From NCBI GenBank assembly GCA_951812285.1, contig OX638292.1, forward strand, positions 1,387,279-1,451,278: DNA of 64,000 nt. Direction: 5' to 3'. A program made the translations under genes and the position numbers. This DNA is from an uncultured Dehalococcoidia bacterium. Lineage in GTDB: Bacteria > Chloroflexota > Dehalococcoidia > Lucifugimonadales > UBA1127. The notes under the pieces were generated by a model that saw nothing but the letters and a program-made list of their open reading frames with translations, did no database searches and was not told the DNA's origin. Positions 35,046-43,864 of this stretch are shown one piece after another (positions within the stretch are counted from its first letter, which is position 1; every line of letters begins with the position of its first letter).

Positions 35046-35924
35046 CTAGACCTCGTCGGCGGGGCTGGTGAAGCCGACGCCTGAGCCGGAGTCGCGTTCA
35101 TCCCAGCGTCCGGCTTCGACGGCGGTGAGGAAGTCGTCGACGGCGCGGTTGAAGGCGGCCGGCTCCTCGATGTTGCAGGCGTGGCCGGTCTGCGGGAGGA
35201 CTACGATGCCGCAGCGCGGGATTCGTCGCTTCATGTAGATGGCGGGCTCGAGGCACGGGTCGTCCTCGTCGCCGAGGATGACGAGGGTGGGCACCTGCAT
35301 GGCGCGGAGCTCGTCGTCGAGGGTCATGATCGAGCGGCGGCGGGCCTGATAGCCGCGGAGGGTGAGCGCCTTGCCCTGCGCCGAGTGGTCCATGAAGAGG
35401 TTTGCGAACTCATGCCAGCCGAGGGGGTCCTTCTGCAGGAAGCGAATGCGCGTGGGGCCTCGGAGGTAACCGTCCATGGCCGCGGTGCCGCCGGACTCGA
35501 GGGTCTCCGCGTAGCCGGTGGACTGCTGGCTGAAGGTCTCGGGGTCGGTGCTGCCGGTGCCTGCGCCCGCGACGATGATGGAGCGCGCGACCTCTGGGTG
35601 CGTCAGGCCGAACCAGAGGGCCATGTTGCCACCCATCGACAGGCCGGCGACGTGTGCCTGCTCGATGCCGAGGTGTTGCAGGAGCTGGTAGAGGTCTTCC
35701 ACGACCTGCTCCTGCGAGTAGTCGTCGACGTTGGAGGGCACGTCGGACGGGGGGTAGCCGCGGGCGTTGTACGTGATGACGCGGTAGCGGCGGGAGAAGT
35801 AGCTCACCTGCGCGCGCCAGCTCTCGTAGCTGCCGGCGAGCTCGTGGGCGAAGACGAGGGGGAAGCCCTGACCGGTCTCCTCGTAGTAGAGGCTTACGCC
35901 GTTCTGCAGTTTTGCCATCGGCAT
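35046..35924 (-). CDS. alpha/beta-fold hydrolase
   Basis: ATG 35924 preceded by AGGAG. HELAGS oxyanion region, nucleophile elbow GLSMGG, and C-terminal His (QTGHACNIE). Confidence 0.85.
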   Translation of the reverse strand: MPMAKLQNGVSLYYEETGQGFPLVFAHELAGSYESWRAQVSYFSRRYRVITYNARGYPPSDVPSNVDDYSQEQVVEDLYQLLQHLGIEQAHVAGLSMGGNMALWFGLTHPEVARSIIVAGAGTGSTDPETFSQQSTGYAETLESGGTAAMDGYLRGPTRIRFLQKDPLGWHEFANLFMDHSAQGKALTLRGYQARRRSIMTLDDELRAMQVPTLVILGDEDDPCLEPAIYMKRRIPRCGIVVLPQTGHACNIEEPAAFNRAVDDFLTAVEAGRWDERDSGSGVGFTSPADEV

Positions 35925-36088
35925 GGAGGCGCTCCTGTCTCGCGCGTAGCTTGCGCGTCGTGGTAGTGCGGGAAGCACGGGCAACGTAGCTGCAGCGTAG
36001 GATGGTGTCAAGGCAGGCATGTCACCCATTCGCATGACGCATCGTTCTGCGTGGAGTATGCTAGGGCCAGCTTTACGAGGAGCGCCAG

Positions 36089-37423
36089 GTGTCCTCACCT
36101 ACGGCCGAAATCGCGCCCCGATTCTTCTACGGCTGGGTTATCGTCTTTGCGGCGGGCGTCAAGGGCTCTTTCAACGTCGGCAGCGCGGTCTTCGCCTCGA
36201 GCGTGTTCCTCGTCTCCATGCAGGATGACCTGGGGTGGAGCCGTACCCTCATTTTTGGCGCGCTAGCCGTTCGAACGCTGTGCGGCGGGTTGCTCAGCCC
36301 TATCGTTGGCCCATGGGGCGACCACCCGTGGGCGCCGCGAGTCGCGCTCCCCATCGGTTCCGTGCTCTTCGGGCTCTCGTTCATGCTGGTGAAGTGGGCG
36401 GACACGCCACTGGAGTATTACCTCACCTATGGCGTGCTCGGCGCGGCTGGCCTGGCACTTACTAGCAATCCCATCCTTGAGGGCGTCGTCCTCAAGTGGT
36501 TCATTCGGCGGCGGGCGCAGGCGATCATGTGGATGCAGGTCGGTCCGCCAACCGGTCCCATGATCTTCCCCGTCCTCCTCACCTTCCTCATCAACGCGGT
36601 CGGGTGGCGCGACGCGTGGCTGTGGCTGGGCATTGCCTCCATCGCCGTGTTCCTGCCGCTCTCGCTGCTGGTGCGAACATCGCCCGAGTCCATGGGGCTG
36701 CTGCCCGACGGCGACCGTCCGGGCGAGGCTCCCTCGGCGTCCGGCGGGCCGCGGCGGGGCAGTCCTGCCAGCGAATACAGCTTCACTCGCGCGGAGGCGC
36801 TTCGCAGCAAGGCGTTCTGGATGATCTGCGGGGCGCTGGCTCTCAGCATCGTCGGCCTTCCCGGCTTCCAGGCGCACTGGGTGCCGTACCTGGTCGACAT
36901 CGACTTCAACCGGGAGGTCGCGGCCTCCGCGCTGTTCGTGTTCGGGCTTGGGTCGGTGTCGGCGCGCTTCGTGTGGGGCTACCTCACGGCGCGGCACGAC
37001 ATCCGCAACCTCATGGTCATCCAGGCGTTGCTGGCGGCGCTGGGGGTCCTCTTCCTGTTGACGGTGCAGAACGCGGTGATGATGTACGCCTGGGCCATTT
37101 ACCACGGACTTACCCTGGCTGTCTTCTTCCAGCTCCAGACGCTGCTGGTGGTCACCTACTTTGGACGCAGGAACATCGGGGCGATCCGGGGAGTCATGTT
37201 CCCCTTCATCACCCTTGGGTCGGCGACCGGCCCCATCCTCCTTGGCGCACTCTACGACTGGCAGGGTTCATATCTGGTGCCCTTCTCCCTAGTGACCGTC
37301 CTGTGGCTGCTGGCGGGGATGGTCGTGTTCATGACGCGGCCGCCCAAGGCCGTCGACGAGAGCGTACCGGAGACGGGGGCTGAGGCGGCACAACAGGCGC
37401 CCAAGGCGGAGGCGGCCTCGTGA
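36089..37423 (+). CDS. MFS transporter
   Basis: 444 aa, about 12 TM segments, with an MFS-like loop between TM2 and TM3. Confidence 0.82.
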   Translation: MSSPTAEIAPRFFYGWVIVFAAGVKGSFNVGSAVFASSVFLVSMQDDLGWSRTLIFGALAVRTLCGGLLSPIVGPWGDHPWAPRVALPIGSVLFGLSFMLVKWADTPLEYYLTYGVLGAAGLALTSNPILEGVVLKWFIRRRAQAIMWMQVGPPTGPMIFPVLLTFLINAVGWRDAWLWLGIASIAVFLPLSLLVRTSPESMGLLPDGDRPGEAPSASGGPRRGSPASEYSFTRAEALRSKAFWMICGALALSIVGLPGFQAHWVPYLVDIDFNREVAASALFVFGLGSVSARFVWGYLTARHDIRNLMVIQALLAALGVLFLLTVQNAVMMYAWAIYHGLTLAVFFQLQTLLVVTYFGRRNIGAIRGVMFPFITLGSATGPILLGALYDWQGSYLVPFSLVTVLWLLAGMVVFMTRPPKAVDESVPETGAEAAQQAPKAEAAS

Positions 37424-38556
37424 CGGCCACCACCTCGACGCCGTACACCCTGGTGACCGACCGCCAGCAGTTCCTCGACCTTTGCCGAAGCCTCGAGCGG
37501 TCGGAGCGGATTGCCGTCGACACCGAGGCGGACAGCATGCACCACTACCCGGAGCGGGTGTGCCTCGTGCAGGTGGCGACGTCGGACGCTACGTGCCTGC
37601 TGGACCCGTTCGCGCTGGGGGATCTCTCGCCGATGGGGGCGTCGCTGGCGGGGCGTCGCGCGGTGAAGCTGCTGCACGGGGCGGACTACGACGTGCGGGG
37701 GCTCAACCGCGATTGGGGCCTCACCTTCGCCAACATCTTCGACACGCACATTGCCGGGCAGTTCATGGGGCTGGAGCGCGTGGGGCTGGCGGCGCTGCTG
37801 TTAGACCTACTGGACATCGACATCCCCAAGGACCGGAGGATTCAGCGCGCCGACTGGTCCAAGCGACCGCTGGACGACCATGCGCTGCAGTACGCGGCCG
37901 CCGACGTCCACTATCTCTTTGCGCTGCATGACGCGATGACGGAGCGGCTACGGGAGCTTGGACGGCTGGAGTGGGTGCAGGAGGAGTGCGAGCGGCTGTG
38001 CGAGGTGCGCCACTCGCCGCAGGAGCTGCGGGAGACGGTGCTGGCGCTGCCGGAATCGCGGAAGATGGACAGCCGGCAGCGGGCCGTGCTGCTGGCGCTG
38101 TACCGGTGGCGGGAGGTGCAGGCGCGGCGACAAGACCGGCCGCCGTCGCATGTGCTGCCGCCGGGGGCGCTGGCGGAAATTGCGGGGGAACCGTCGGCGC
38201 CGCTGGAGCGGCACAAGTCGCTGAACCCGAAGCTGGCGATGCGTTTCGGGCGGGCGATCCGCGGCGCAGTGGCCGAGGGGCTGAGCGCGCCGCCGTTGGA
38301 GCGGCCGAGGCCGACGTCGCCGCCGCGGGGTCGGCCGACGCAGGGGCAGACGCGCAAGCTGGCATCGCTGAAGGCGTGGCGGCACGCGGAGGCGCAGGCG
38401 CTGGAGGTGCACGTGTCGCTGGTGTGGCCGATGCGGAGCCTGGAGCGGCTGGCGCGGGAGCCGCAAACGTTCTCGGAGGAGCTGCGCTCGCCGGAGGTGC
38501 GGGAGTGGCAGCGGGAGCGCTTCGGGGCGTCGCTGCGGCGGGCCGTTGGGGGGTAG
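37420..38556 (+). CDS. rnd: ribonuclease D (3'-5' exonuclease with HRDC domain)
   Basis: 378 aa. DEDD motifs IAVDTEADS, HGADYD and YAAADVHYL. 4-nt overlap with the MFS gene. Confidence 0.85.
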   Translation: MTATTSTPYTLVTDRQQFLDLCRSLERSERIAVDTEADSMHHYPERVCLVQVATSDATCLLDPFALGDLSPMGASLAGRRAVKLLHGADYDVRGLNRDWGLTFANIFDTHIAGQFMGLERVGLAALLLDLLDIDIPKDRRIQRADWSKRPLDDHALQYAAADVHYLFALHDAMTERLRELGRLEWVQEECERLCEVRHSPQELRETVLALPESRKMDSRQRAVLLALYRWREVQARRQDRPPSHVLPPGALAEIAGEPSAPLERHKSLNPKLAMRFGRAIRGAVAEGLSAPPLERPRPTSPPRGRPTQGQTRKLASLKAWRHAEAQALEVHVSLVWPMRSLERLAREPQTFSEELRSPEVREWQRERFGASLRRAVGG

Positions 38557-38611
38557 GCGGCCCCGCCCCCCTGGATCCCGGACTTCGCCGGGATGGTGAC
38601 GTGCGTGGGGG
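38557..38611. repeat. single REP-like unit
   Basis: CCCCTGGATCCCGGACTTCGCCGGGATGGTGACG (hairpin ATCCCGG/CCGGGAT). Same family as the units at 48.99, 50.2 and 47.4 kb. Confidence 0.7.
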
Positions 38612-39556
38612 CTAGAGGGCTGCAGCGCGCGGGGCGATCTCCGCGCCGAGGTACTCGATGAAGGCGTCGTCGGTGAAGTTCATGTGCTGGAACATGATCT
38701 CGCTGACGCCGAGCTCCGCAAGTTGACCGAGCCTGTCCATGACCTCTTCCGTGTCTCCCACCAACATTCCGCGGTGGCGGGCCGCCTCTTCGATGTCGCC
38801 CACAGTGGCGCCGCGGGCGAGGCGGAGGAAGGTGCGGAAGCTGTCGGCGGCGTCATCCGGGTTGGGGCCGATGAAGCCGAAGGTCATCATGGAGCGCTTG
38901 ACGGACGACAGGTCGCGGCCGACGGCGTCGCAGTGGGCCTGGAGCACCTCGATCTTGTGGGTGTAGTTCTCCGGGAGCATGCTGATGCAGTTCCACTCGT
39001 CGGCGTACTGGGCGGCGATGCGCATGGTGCGCTTCTCACCGCCTCCGCCTATGAGGAGCGTCGGGCGGCCCTCGGGCGGCTTGGGGAGGCAGTCGGCGTC
39101 CTGGAGCGTGTAGTAGCGGCCCTCGTAGCTGGCGGGTCCGGGGCCCCACAGCCCTCGCATGACGTGGATGGCCTCCTCGAGGCGGCTGAGGCGCTCGCCG
39201 ATGGGCGGGAAGGGGACGCCATAGGCGACGTGCTCGGACTCGTTCCAGCCCGCGCCGAGGCCCATTACGAAGCGGCCGTTGCTGAGGAGGTCGAGCTGAG
39301 CAGCCATTCGGCCGACGTTGACGGGAGGTCGGAAGGTGATCGGGGTGACCATGGGGCCGAACCGGATGCGCTCGGTCTGCATCGCGGCCATGGCGAAGGA
39401 GAGGTAGGGCTCGAGGGAGTCCTGCTGCGGGCCGATGAAGAAGTGGTCGGAGCGGTAGACGCCGGCGAGGCCGGCCTCCTCCGACCTGCGCAGGATGTTG
39501 CTCCACAGGTCCCAGTTTAGGCCGTTCTGTCCTTCCACCATCAGGCTGATTTGCAT
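38612..39556 (-). CDS. LLM-class (luciferase-like) flavin/F420-dependent oxidoreductase
   Basis: 314 aa. MQISLMVEGQNGLNWDLW...YRSDHF opening is typical of the F420-dependent LLM subfamily. Confidence 0.85.
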   Translation of the reverse strand: MQISLMVEGQNGLNWDLWSNILRRSEEAGLAGVYRSDHFFIGPQQDSLEPYLSFAMAAMQTERIRFGPMVTPITFRPPVNVGRMAAQLDLLSNGRFVMGLGAGWNESEHVAYGVPFPPIGERLSRLEEAIHVMRGLWGPGPASYEGRYYTLQDADCLPKPPEGRPTLLIGGGGEKRTMRIAAQYADEWNCISMLPENYTHKIEVLQAHCDAVGRDLSSVKRSMMTFGFIGPNPDDAADSFRTFLRLARGATVGDIEEAARHRGMLVGDTEEVMDRLGQLAELGVSEIMFQHMNFTDDAFIEYLGAEIAPRAAAL

Positions 39557-39714
39557 GAGGGCTCCTTGCGCTCTGTCTGGGCGGCAATGGTCACCGCACG
39601 GGGATTGTACACGCGGGAGGGCGGGAGCGGGGGCCTCCCTGATGCTTCTTCTTCAGGCTCTTTCAGCGCTTCTGGACAGCTTCGGGACGCGGTCAGGGCG
39701 TACGGATTGTGGGG

Positions 39715-39815
39715 TGGAAATTGTTTTCGAATATCAATTCGTAGCTGTTAACGACGTTTGTAGCTACAAAAACACATGCCTTATCCGGGAAACAATTCGT
39801 ATCTGTAATGGTCCC
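39715..39815. repeat. AT-rich island with perfect palindrome TTTGTAGCTACAAA and a flanking direct repeat
   Basis: Palindrome at 39757-39770. CAATTCGTAGCTGT (39735-39748) and CAATTCGTATCTGT (39793-39806) form a direct repeat 58 nt apart. The outer arms AATTGTTTTC / GGAAACAATT are inverted. Confidence 0.6.
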
Positions 39816-39964
39816 AAATTGCGCCGACTTCGGGTGACGCGCGGGAGGTGGGCAATTCCCTGACCGAACGGCTGGCTCTGCGTGTCCATGCCTGGAGGGT
39901 ATCGAGGTATGGGTTTCAGGGCAAGGAGTTCGTGTCAGGGTCACGGAGGTTGGCCGCGGCGCCG

Positions 39965-40750
39965 TCAGTGGACGGATGTCCCTGTCGTGAAGGCGGATGT
40001 CCAGCAGGGGTAGAAGCCGGCGGACTGCGCGGTGCGGAGTGAGGGGAGGTTGTGGGCGTGAGCGCCGTAGTACGGGACTCTTCCCATCTCCAGCACCCTT
40101 TGTGCCACCTGGGAGGTCAGCGCTCTGCCCAAGCCCCGGCCTTGGTGATATTGCTGGACGTCTATCGCGATCTGATGGAGCGTATCCGAGTCTTCAGTGG
40201 CCGTTGCTACACCCACTACTACACCGGCTTGAAGGGCTAGCGCCGCGACGGTGACGTGGCGTCCCTGGTCCGACGCTCTGGACGAAATGGCGTTGGGCCA
40301 GTCATCGGGGTCAAGCGAATTCAGCCGCTCGGCGGCGACGAGCTCGACAGTGTAGCCGGCCGGCGCTTCTCGGTGGCGCCAGTCCGCGCTGGTGGTTACG
40401 CCGTAGTGATACGGGCCATGGAGCGGGTAGGAATCACGCAGAGTCCGGCGGGAGACCTCATTGAGGATTTGTGGGCTAAAGGCTTCATCGACGGCCAGCG
40501 TCACGAACAACGTCGTGACCCAGGGCATCCACTGCCATGTGGCAGCTACGACGACACCGTCGCCCATGCGAGTGATCGAGAGGCTATGGTCTCGTAGTGG
40601 GAATCGCCTCCGCAGAGTGTTGTGGACAACGGCGGGCGTCAGCTCGACGAGATGCACGCCCTGCGTGAGGAAGAAGTCGGGGGGACAGTAGTCTTCAGCT
40701 GCCAGGGCGGCAGCGACGGCGTTGGTGGCGTGCGCTCTGGTGATGGTCAA
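39965..40750 (-). CDS. GNAT-family N-acetyltransferase with an N-terminal extension
   Basis: 261 aa. C-terminal IAIDVQQYHQGRGLGRALTSQVAQRVLEMG..HNLPSLRTAQSAGF is the GNAT acetyl-CoA binding core. Confidence 0.7.
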   Translation of the reverse strand: MTITRAHATNAVAAALAAEDYCPPDFFLTQGVHLVELTPAVVHNTLRRRFPLRDHSLSITRMGDGVVVAATWQWMPWVTTLFVTLAVDEAFSPQILNEVSRRTLRDSYPLHGPYHYGVTTSADWRHREAPAGYTVELVAAERLNSLDPDDWPNAISSRASDQGRHVTVAALALQAGVVVGVATATEDSDTLHQIAIDVQQYHQGRGLGRALTSQVAQRVLEMGRVPYYGAHAHNLPSLRTAQSAGFYPCWTSAFTTGTSVH

Positions 40751-40836
40751 TTGAGCACCTGCTTGTACTTGCGGAATTATCTTGACGCCGCGCCCTTCGA
40801 CAGGATTAGGGCGAATGGAGGGAGGAAATGTGCGGG

Positions 40837-41259
40837 TCAGGGTAAAGCGTCCGCCTCGCCAAAGGGGTCCATGACTGAGACTCCGGTGGGCGCGAAGTGG
40901 CGGACGTTGCGAGTGACCACGGTGAGGCCGTGTTCAAGCGCTGTCGCGGCAATAAGGAGATCGACGTCCTGATTTCCGAGAGACGCCGAGAGATGTCCCC
41001 ATCGTCGCGCGGCGGCGGTGTCCACTGGCAGTATGCGGTCCGTAAACCATGCCAGTATCCGCTCGGCCCAGAGCGCGAGATCGCGGGCAAAGTCCGGGTT
41101 TGTCGGACGCTGAAGGGCAATCCCCCGTTCTATCTCGGCAACGGTCACGACGCTCAGGAAGATGTCGGAGTCTCTCTGCGCCGCCAACCAGGCAACAGGG
41201 CCCGCGTGGCGATCCGGGCGACGGAGGGCCGAGAGCACGTTGGTGTCGAGGAGGTACAT
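40837..41259 (-). CDS. vapC: VapC/FitB-like PIN-domain toxin
   Basis: 140 aa. MYLLDTNVLSAL..., DLLIAATALEHGLTVVTRNVRHF. Confidence 0.88.
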   Translation of the reverse strand: MYLLDTNVLSALRRPDRHAGPVAWLAAQRDSDIFLSVVTVAEIERGIALQRPTNPDFARDLALWAERILAWFTDRILPVDTAAARRWGHLSASLGNQDVDLLIAATALEHGLTVVTRNVRHFAPTGVSVMDPFGEADALP

Positions 41260-41519
41260 TACAACTCGACGTCGCGGAGGTTCACGGAGGGTCGTTCAAA
41301 CACCTCGTCCGGCCCGTCCTTGGGGATGGCCAACAAGTGCTCGACGAAGGTGGGCGCATTGGCCGCCTCCGCACGGCGAAGGCGCTCATAGTCCTCGACG
41401 GCAACGACAACGACGGCGGGGGCACCCCTTCGGGTGACCATCTGAGGTTCACCGTTGAGAGCGGCGTCCACGACCGCGCTGAAGCGGTTCTTTGCGTCCT
41501 GCAATGCCCATTGCGTCAT
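41259..41519 (-). CDS. Phd/YefM-family antitoxin
   Basis: 86 aa. WALQDAKNRFSAVVDAALNGEPQMVTRRGAPAVVVVAVEDYERL. Its stop overlaps the vapC start. Confidence 0.85.
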   Translation of the reverse strand: MTQWALQDAKNRFSAVVDAALNGEPQMVTRRGAPAVVVVAVEDYERLRRAEAANAPTFVEHLLAIPKDGPDEVFERPSVNLRDVEL

Positions 41520-41574
41520 GTTTGCCTTCCTGGTCAGACTCTTCAGGCTAGATTATTAGGCTAGACGGTAATTG

Positions 41575-41775
41575 TGTCAAGGGAAGAGGGGCACCCTTCG
41601 AAAGGCTCAGGGGGCGGTTCCCGCTGTCGCAGGACGGGCGATTCGCGAATCGCCCCTACGACGGGGGCGGGGGCTCCTCCATTCCCGTGCCGAGTACGGG
41701 GCAGGCACTAACCTTCCCCCTGTGGGGGAATGGACTTGGGATGGCATTTTCGCGTTGGGGGAAAGGATTGCGGGT
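41575..41775. repeat. REP-like hairpin repeat cluster
   Basis: CCCTTCGAAAGGCTCAGGGG, GGGCGATTCGCGAATCGCCC, CCCGTGCCGAGTACGGG and CCCCCTGTGGGGG. All are members of families seen elsewhere in the window. Confidence 0.7.
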
Positions 41776-41782
41776 TGAGAGG

Positions 41783-41857
41783 TGGAGCCACCGGTCGGAA
41801 TCGAACCGACGGCCTGTTGTTTACGAAACAACTGCTCTGCCTCTGAGCTACGGTGGC
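41783..41857 (-). tRNA. tRNA-Thr (anticodon CGU)
   Basis: The minus strand folds as acceptor GCCACCG/CGGTGGC, anticodon arm GTTGT-TTCGTAA-ACAAC, T arm GTCGG-TTCGATT-CCGAC, with an encoded CCA. Confidence 0.88.
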
Positions 41858-41870
41858 CCGGGGTGGTCTG

Positions 41871-42770
41871 CTAGGCTTCCGTGGGCAGGTCTACGTCGTA
41901 GTTGGCCATGAGTTTGTCGAGCGCTGCCGCTGTGTCGGGATCCGGGGTGATGAGCGGCAGGCGCGGCTCGCCGACGTTGAAACCAGCCCTATTTACAGCG
42001 TACTTCACCGGGATGGGGTTTGCCAGTACAAAGAGGCCCTGGAAGATGGGCAGCAGGCGTCGGTGCTCGGCGGCGGCGCGCTCCAAGTCGCCCTCGAGGG
42101 TTAGGCCCATCATCGCCTTGATCTGGGCGCCGACGAGGTGACTGGCAACGCTGATGATGCCGTAGCCGCCCATTGCCATCATCGGGTAGGTCTGGTCGTC
42201 GTTGCCGGACCAGACGAGGAAGCCGGGCGCGGCGTCGCGGATGATGGCGGCCGCCTGGCCGAGGTCGCCGCCGGCCTCCTTGATACCGATGATGTTGGGG
42301 ACCTCGCTGAGGCGGATGACGGTGTCCGCCGACATGTTGACGGCGGTGCGGCCGGTCACGTTGTAGAGGATTACTGGGAGGTCCGTGCTGTCCGCGATGG
42401 CCTTGAAGTGGCGGTAGAGGCCCTCCTGCGGGGGCTTGTTGTAGTAGGGAACGACGGAGAGGACGGCGTCGGCGCCGATCCTCGTGGCGGTCTCGGTGTA
42501 GCGGATGGCCTCGGCGGTGTTGTTGCTGCCCGTGCCGGCGACCACATCTCCCACCCCGTCGAGGGCCTCCTTGATCTCGGCGAAGAGGCGCTCTTCTTCC
42601 TCGTGCGTGAGGGTTGGGGACTCGCCGGTGGTGCCGGCAACGACGACGCCGTCGCTGCCGGACGAGACGAGGGCGAGGGCGAGCTTGCGGGCCTGCGCGT
42701 AGTCAACGCGGCCTTCGGAATCGAAGGGGGTCACCATGGCGGTCAAGAGCCTGCCGATCTGCGCTGCCAT
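41871..42770 (-). CDS. dapA: 4-hydroxy-tetrahydrodipicolinate synthase
   Basis: 299 aa. LTAMVTPF..., GVVVAGTTGESPTL, and the Lys-containing IIGIKEAGG motif. Confidence 0.93.
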   Translation of the reverse strand: MAAQIGRLLTAMVTPFDSEGRVDYAQARKLALALVSSGSDGVVVAGTTGESPTLTHEEEERLFAEIKEALDGVGDVVAGTGSNNTAEAIRYTETATRIGADAVLSVVPYYNKPPQEGLYRHFKAIADSTDLPVILYNVTGRTAVNMSADTVIRLSEVPNIIGIKEAGGDLGQAAAIIRDAAPGFLVWSGNDDQTYPMMAMGGYGIISVASHLVGAQIKAMMGLTLEGDLERAAAEHRRLLPIFQGLFVLANPIPVKYAVNRAGFNVGEPRLPLITPDPDTAAALDKLMANYDVDLPTEA

Positions 42771-42773
42771 TGC

Positions 42774-43808
42774 CTACCTCCCGTTGCCGTTGGGGCCGGC
42801 GAGCCTCCGTTCAAGCAGTTCTTCCGCTATCTGCACGGCGTTGAGGGCGGCGCCCTTTCTGAGGTTGTCGCCCACAGTCCAGAGGGAGAGGCCCTTGGCC
42901 AGTGCGCGGTCCTGCCGGATGCGCCCCACGAAGACCTCATCCTTGCCCGCCGCAAAGCCGGCGAGGGGGTAGCTCTTTGCCGCGACGTCGTCGATGACCC
43001 GGACGCCCGGGAATTCGGAGAGGACGTCGCGCGCCTCCTCGGGTGACATAACGTTCTCGAACTCCACGTGAACGGCCTCGGAGTGGGAGATGGGCACGGG
43101 CACGCGGACGCAGGTGGCGGAGACGGGGAGGTCCGGAAGGTGCATGATCTTCCGGGTCTCGTTCTCCATCTTGGTCTCTTCCGTGGTGTAGCCGTCGTCC
43201 GTGAAGTCCTCGACGTGCGGGAGGACGTTGAAGGCGAGGGGGTAGGGGAACGTCGATGCGTCGGCCGCCTTGTCGTCGAGCAGGGCGTGGGTCTGCCGGT
43301 AGAGCTCGTCGACGCCCTTGGCGCCGGCGCCGGAGGCCGACTGGTAGGTGTCGACGATGACGCGGGTGATGGGGTTGGCGCGATGCAGGGGCGCGAGGGC
43401 CATCAGCATCACAATGGTCGAGCAGTTTGGGCTGGAGATGATGCCGTTGTGCTCTTGAAGGTCGTCGCCGTTGATCTCGGGGATGACGAGGGGCACGGCG
43501 GCATCCATGCGCCACGCGGAGGACTTGTCGACGACGACAGCGCCGCGACGGGCGGCTTCGGGTGCGAGCGCCTTGCTGGTGCCGCCGCCCGCGGCGAAGA
43601 AGACAACGTCCGCGCCCTCGAAGGCGTCTGGGGTGGCCTCCTCGACGACGAGCTCATCGCCCATGAAGGGCAGCTTCGTGCCGGCGGAGCGGCTGCTGGC
43701 GAGGAGGCGTGCGCGCTCGACGGGGAAGCCGCGCTCCTCGAGGATGCTGAGGACCACGCGCCCGACGGCGCCGGTGGCCCCAACGACGGCGATGTTTGCT
43801 CCAGACAT
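42774..43808 (-). CDS. asd: aspartate-semialdehyde dehydrogenase
   Basis: Start taken at MSGANIAVVGATGAVG (43808). Active site SPNCSTI. Confidence 0.92.
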   Translation of the reverse strand: MSGANIAVVGATGAVGRVVLSILEERGFPVERARLLASSRSAGTKLPFMGDELVVEEATPDAFEGADVVFFAAGGGTSKALAPEAARRGAVVVDKSSAWRMDAAVPLVIPEINGDDLQEHNGIISSPNCSTIVMLMALAPLHRANPITRVIVDTYQSASGAGAKGVDELYRQTHALLDDKAADASTFPYPLAFNVLPHVEDFTDDGYTTEETKMENETRKIMHLPDLPVSATCVRVPVPISHSEAVHVEFENVMSPEEARDVLSEFPGVRVIDDVAAKSYPLAGFAAGKDEVFVGRIRQDRALAKGLSLWTVGDNLRKGAALNAVQIAEELLERRLAGPNGNGR

Positions 43809-43864
43809 GAAGACAAGTCCTTGTGTGAGATGCGGGCCTGCAGCGGGACACAAACGCGGGAGAG

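Noticed and set aside
39965-41857. Genomic island integrated at tRNA-Thr (GNAT plus VapBC next to the tRNA 3' end)
   Set aside because: I found no integrase, no direct repeat of the tRNA 3' end, and no clear compositional shift across the three genes. The toxin-antitoxin pair next to a tRNA is only suggestive.
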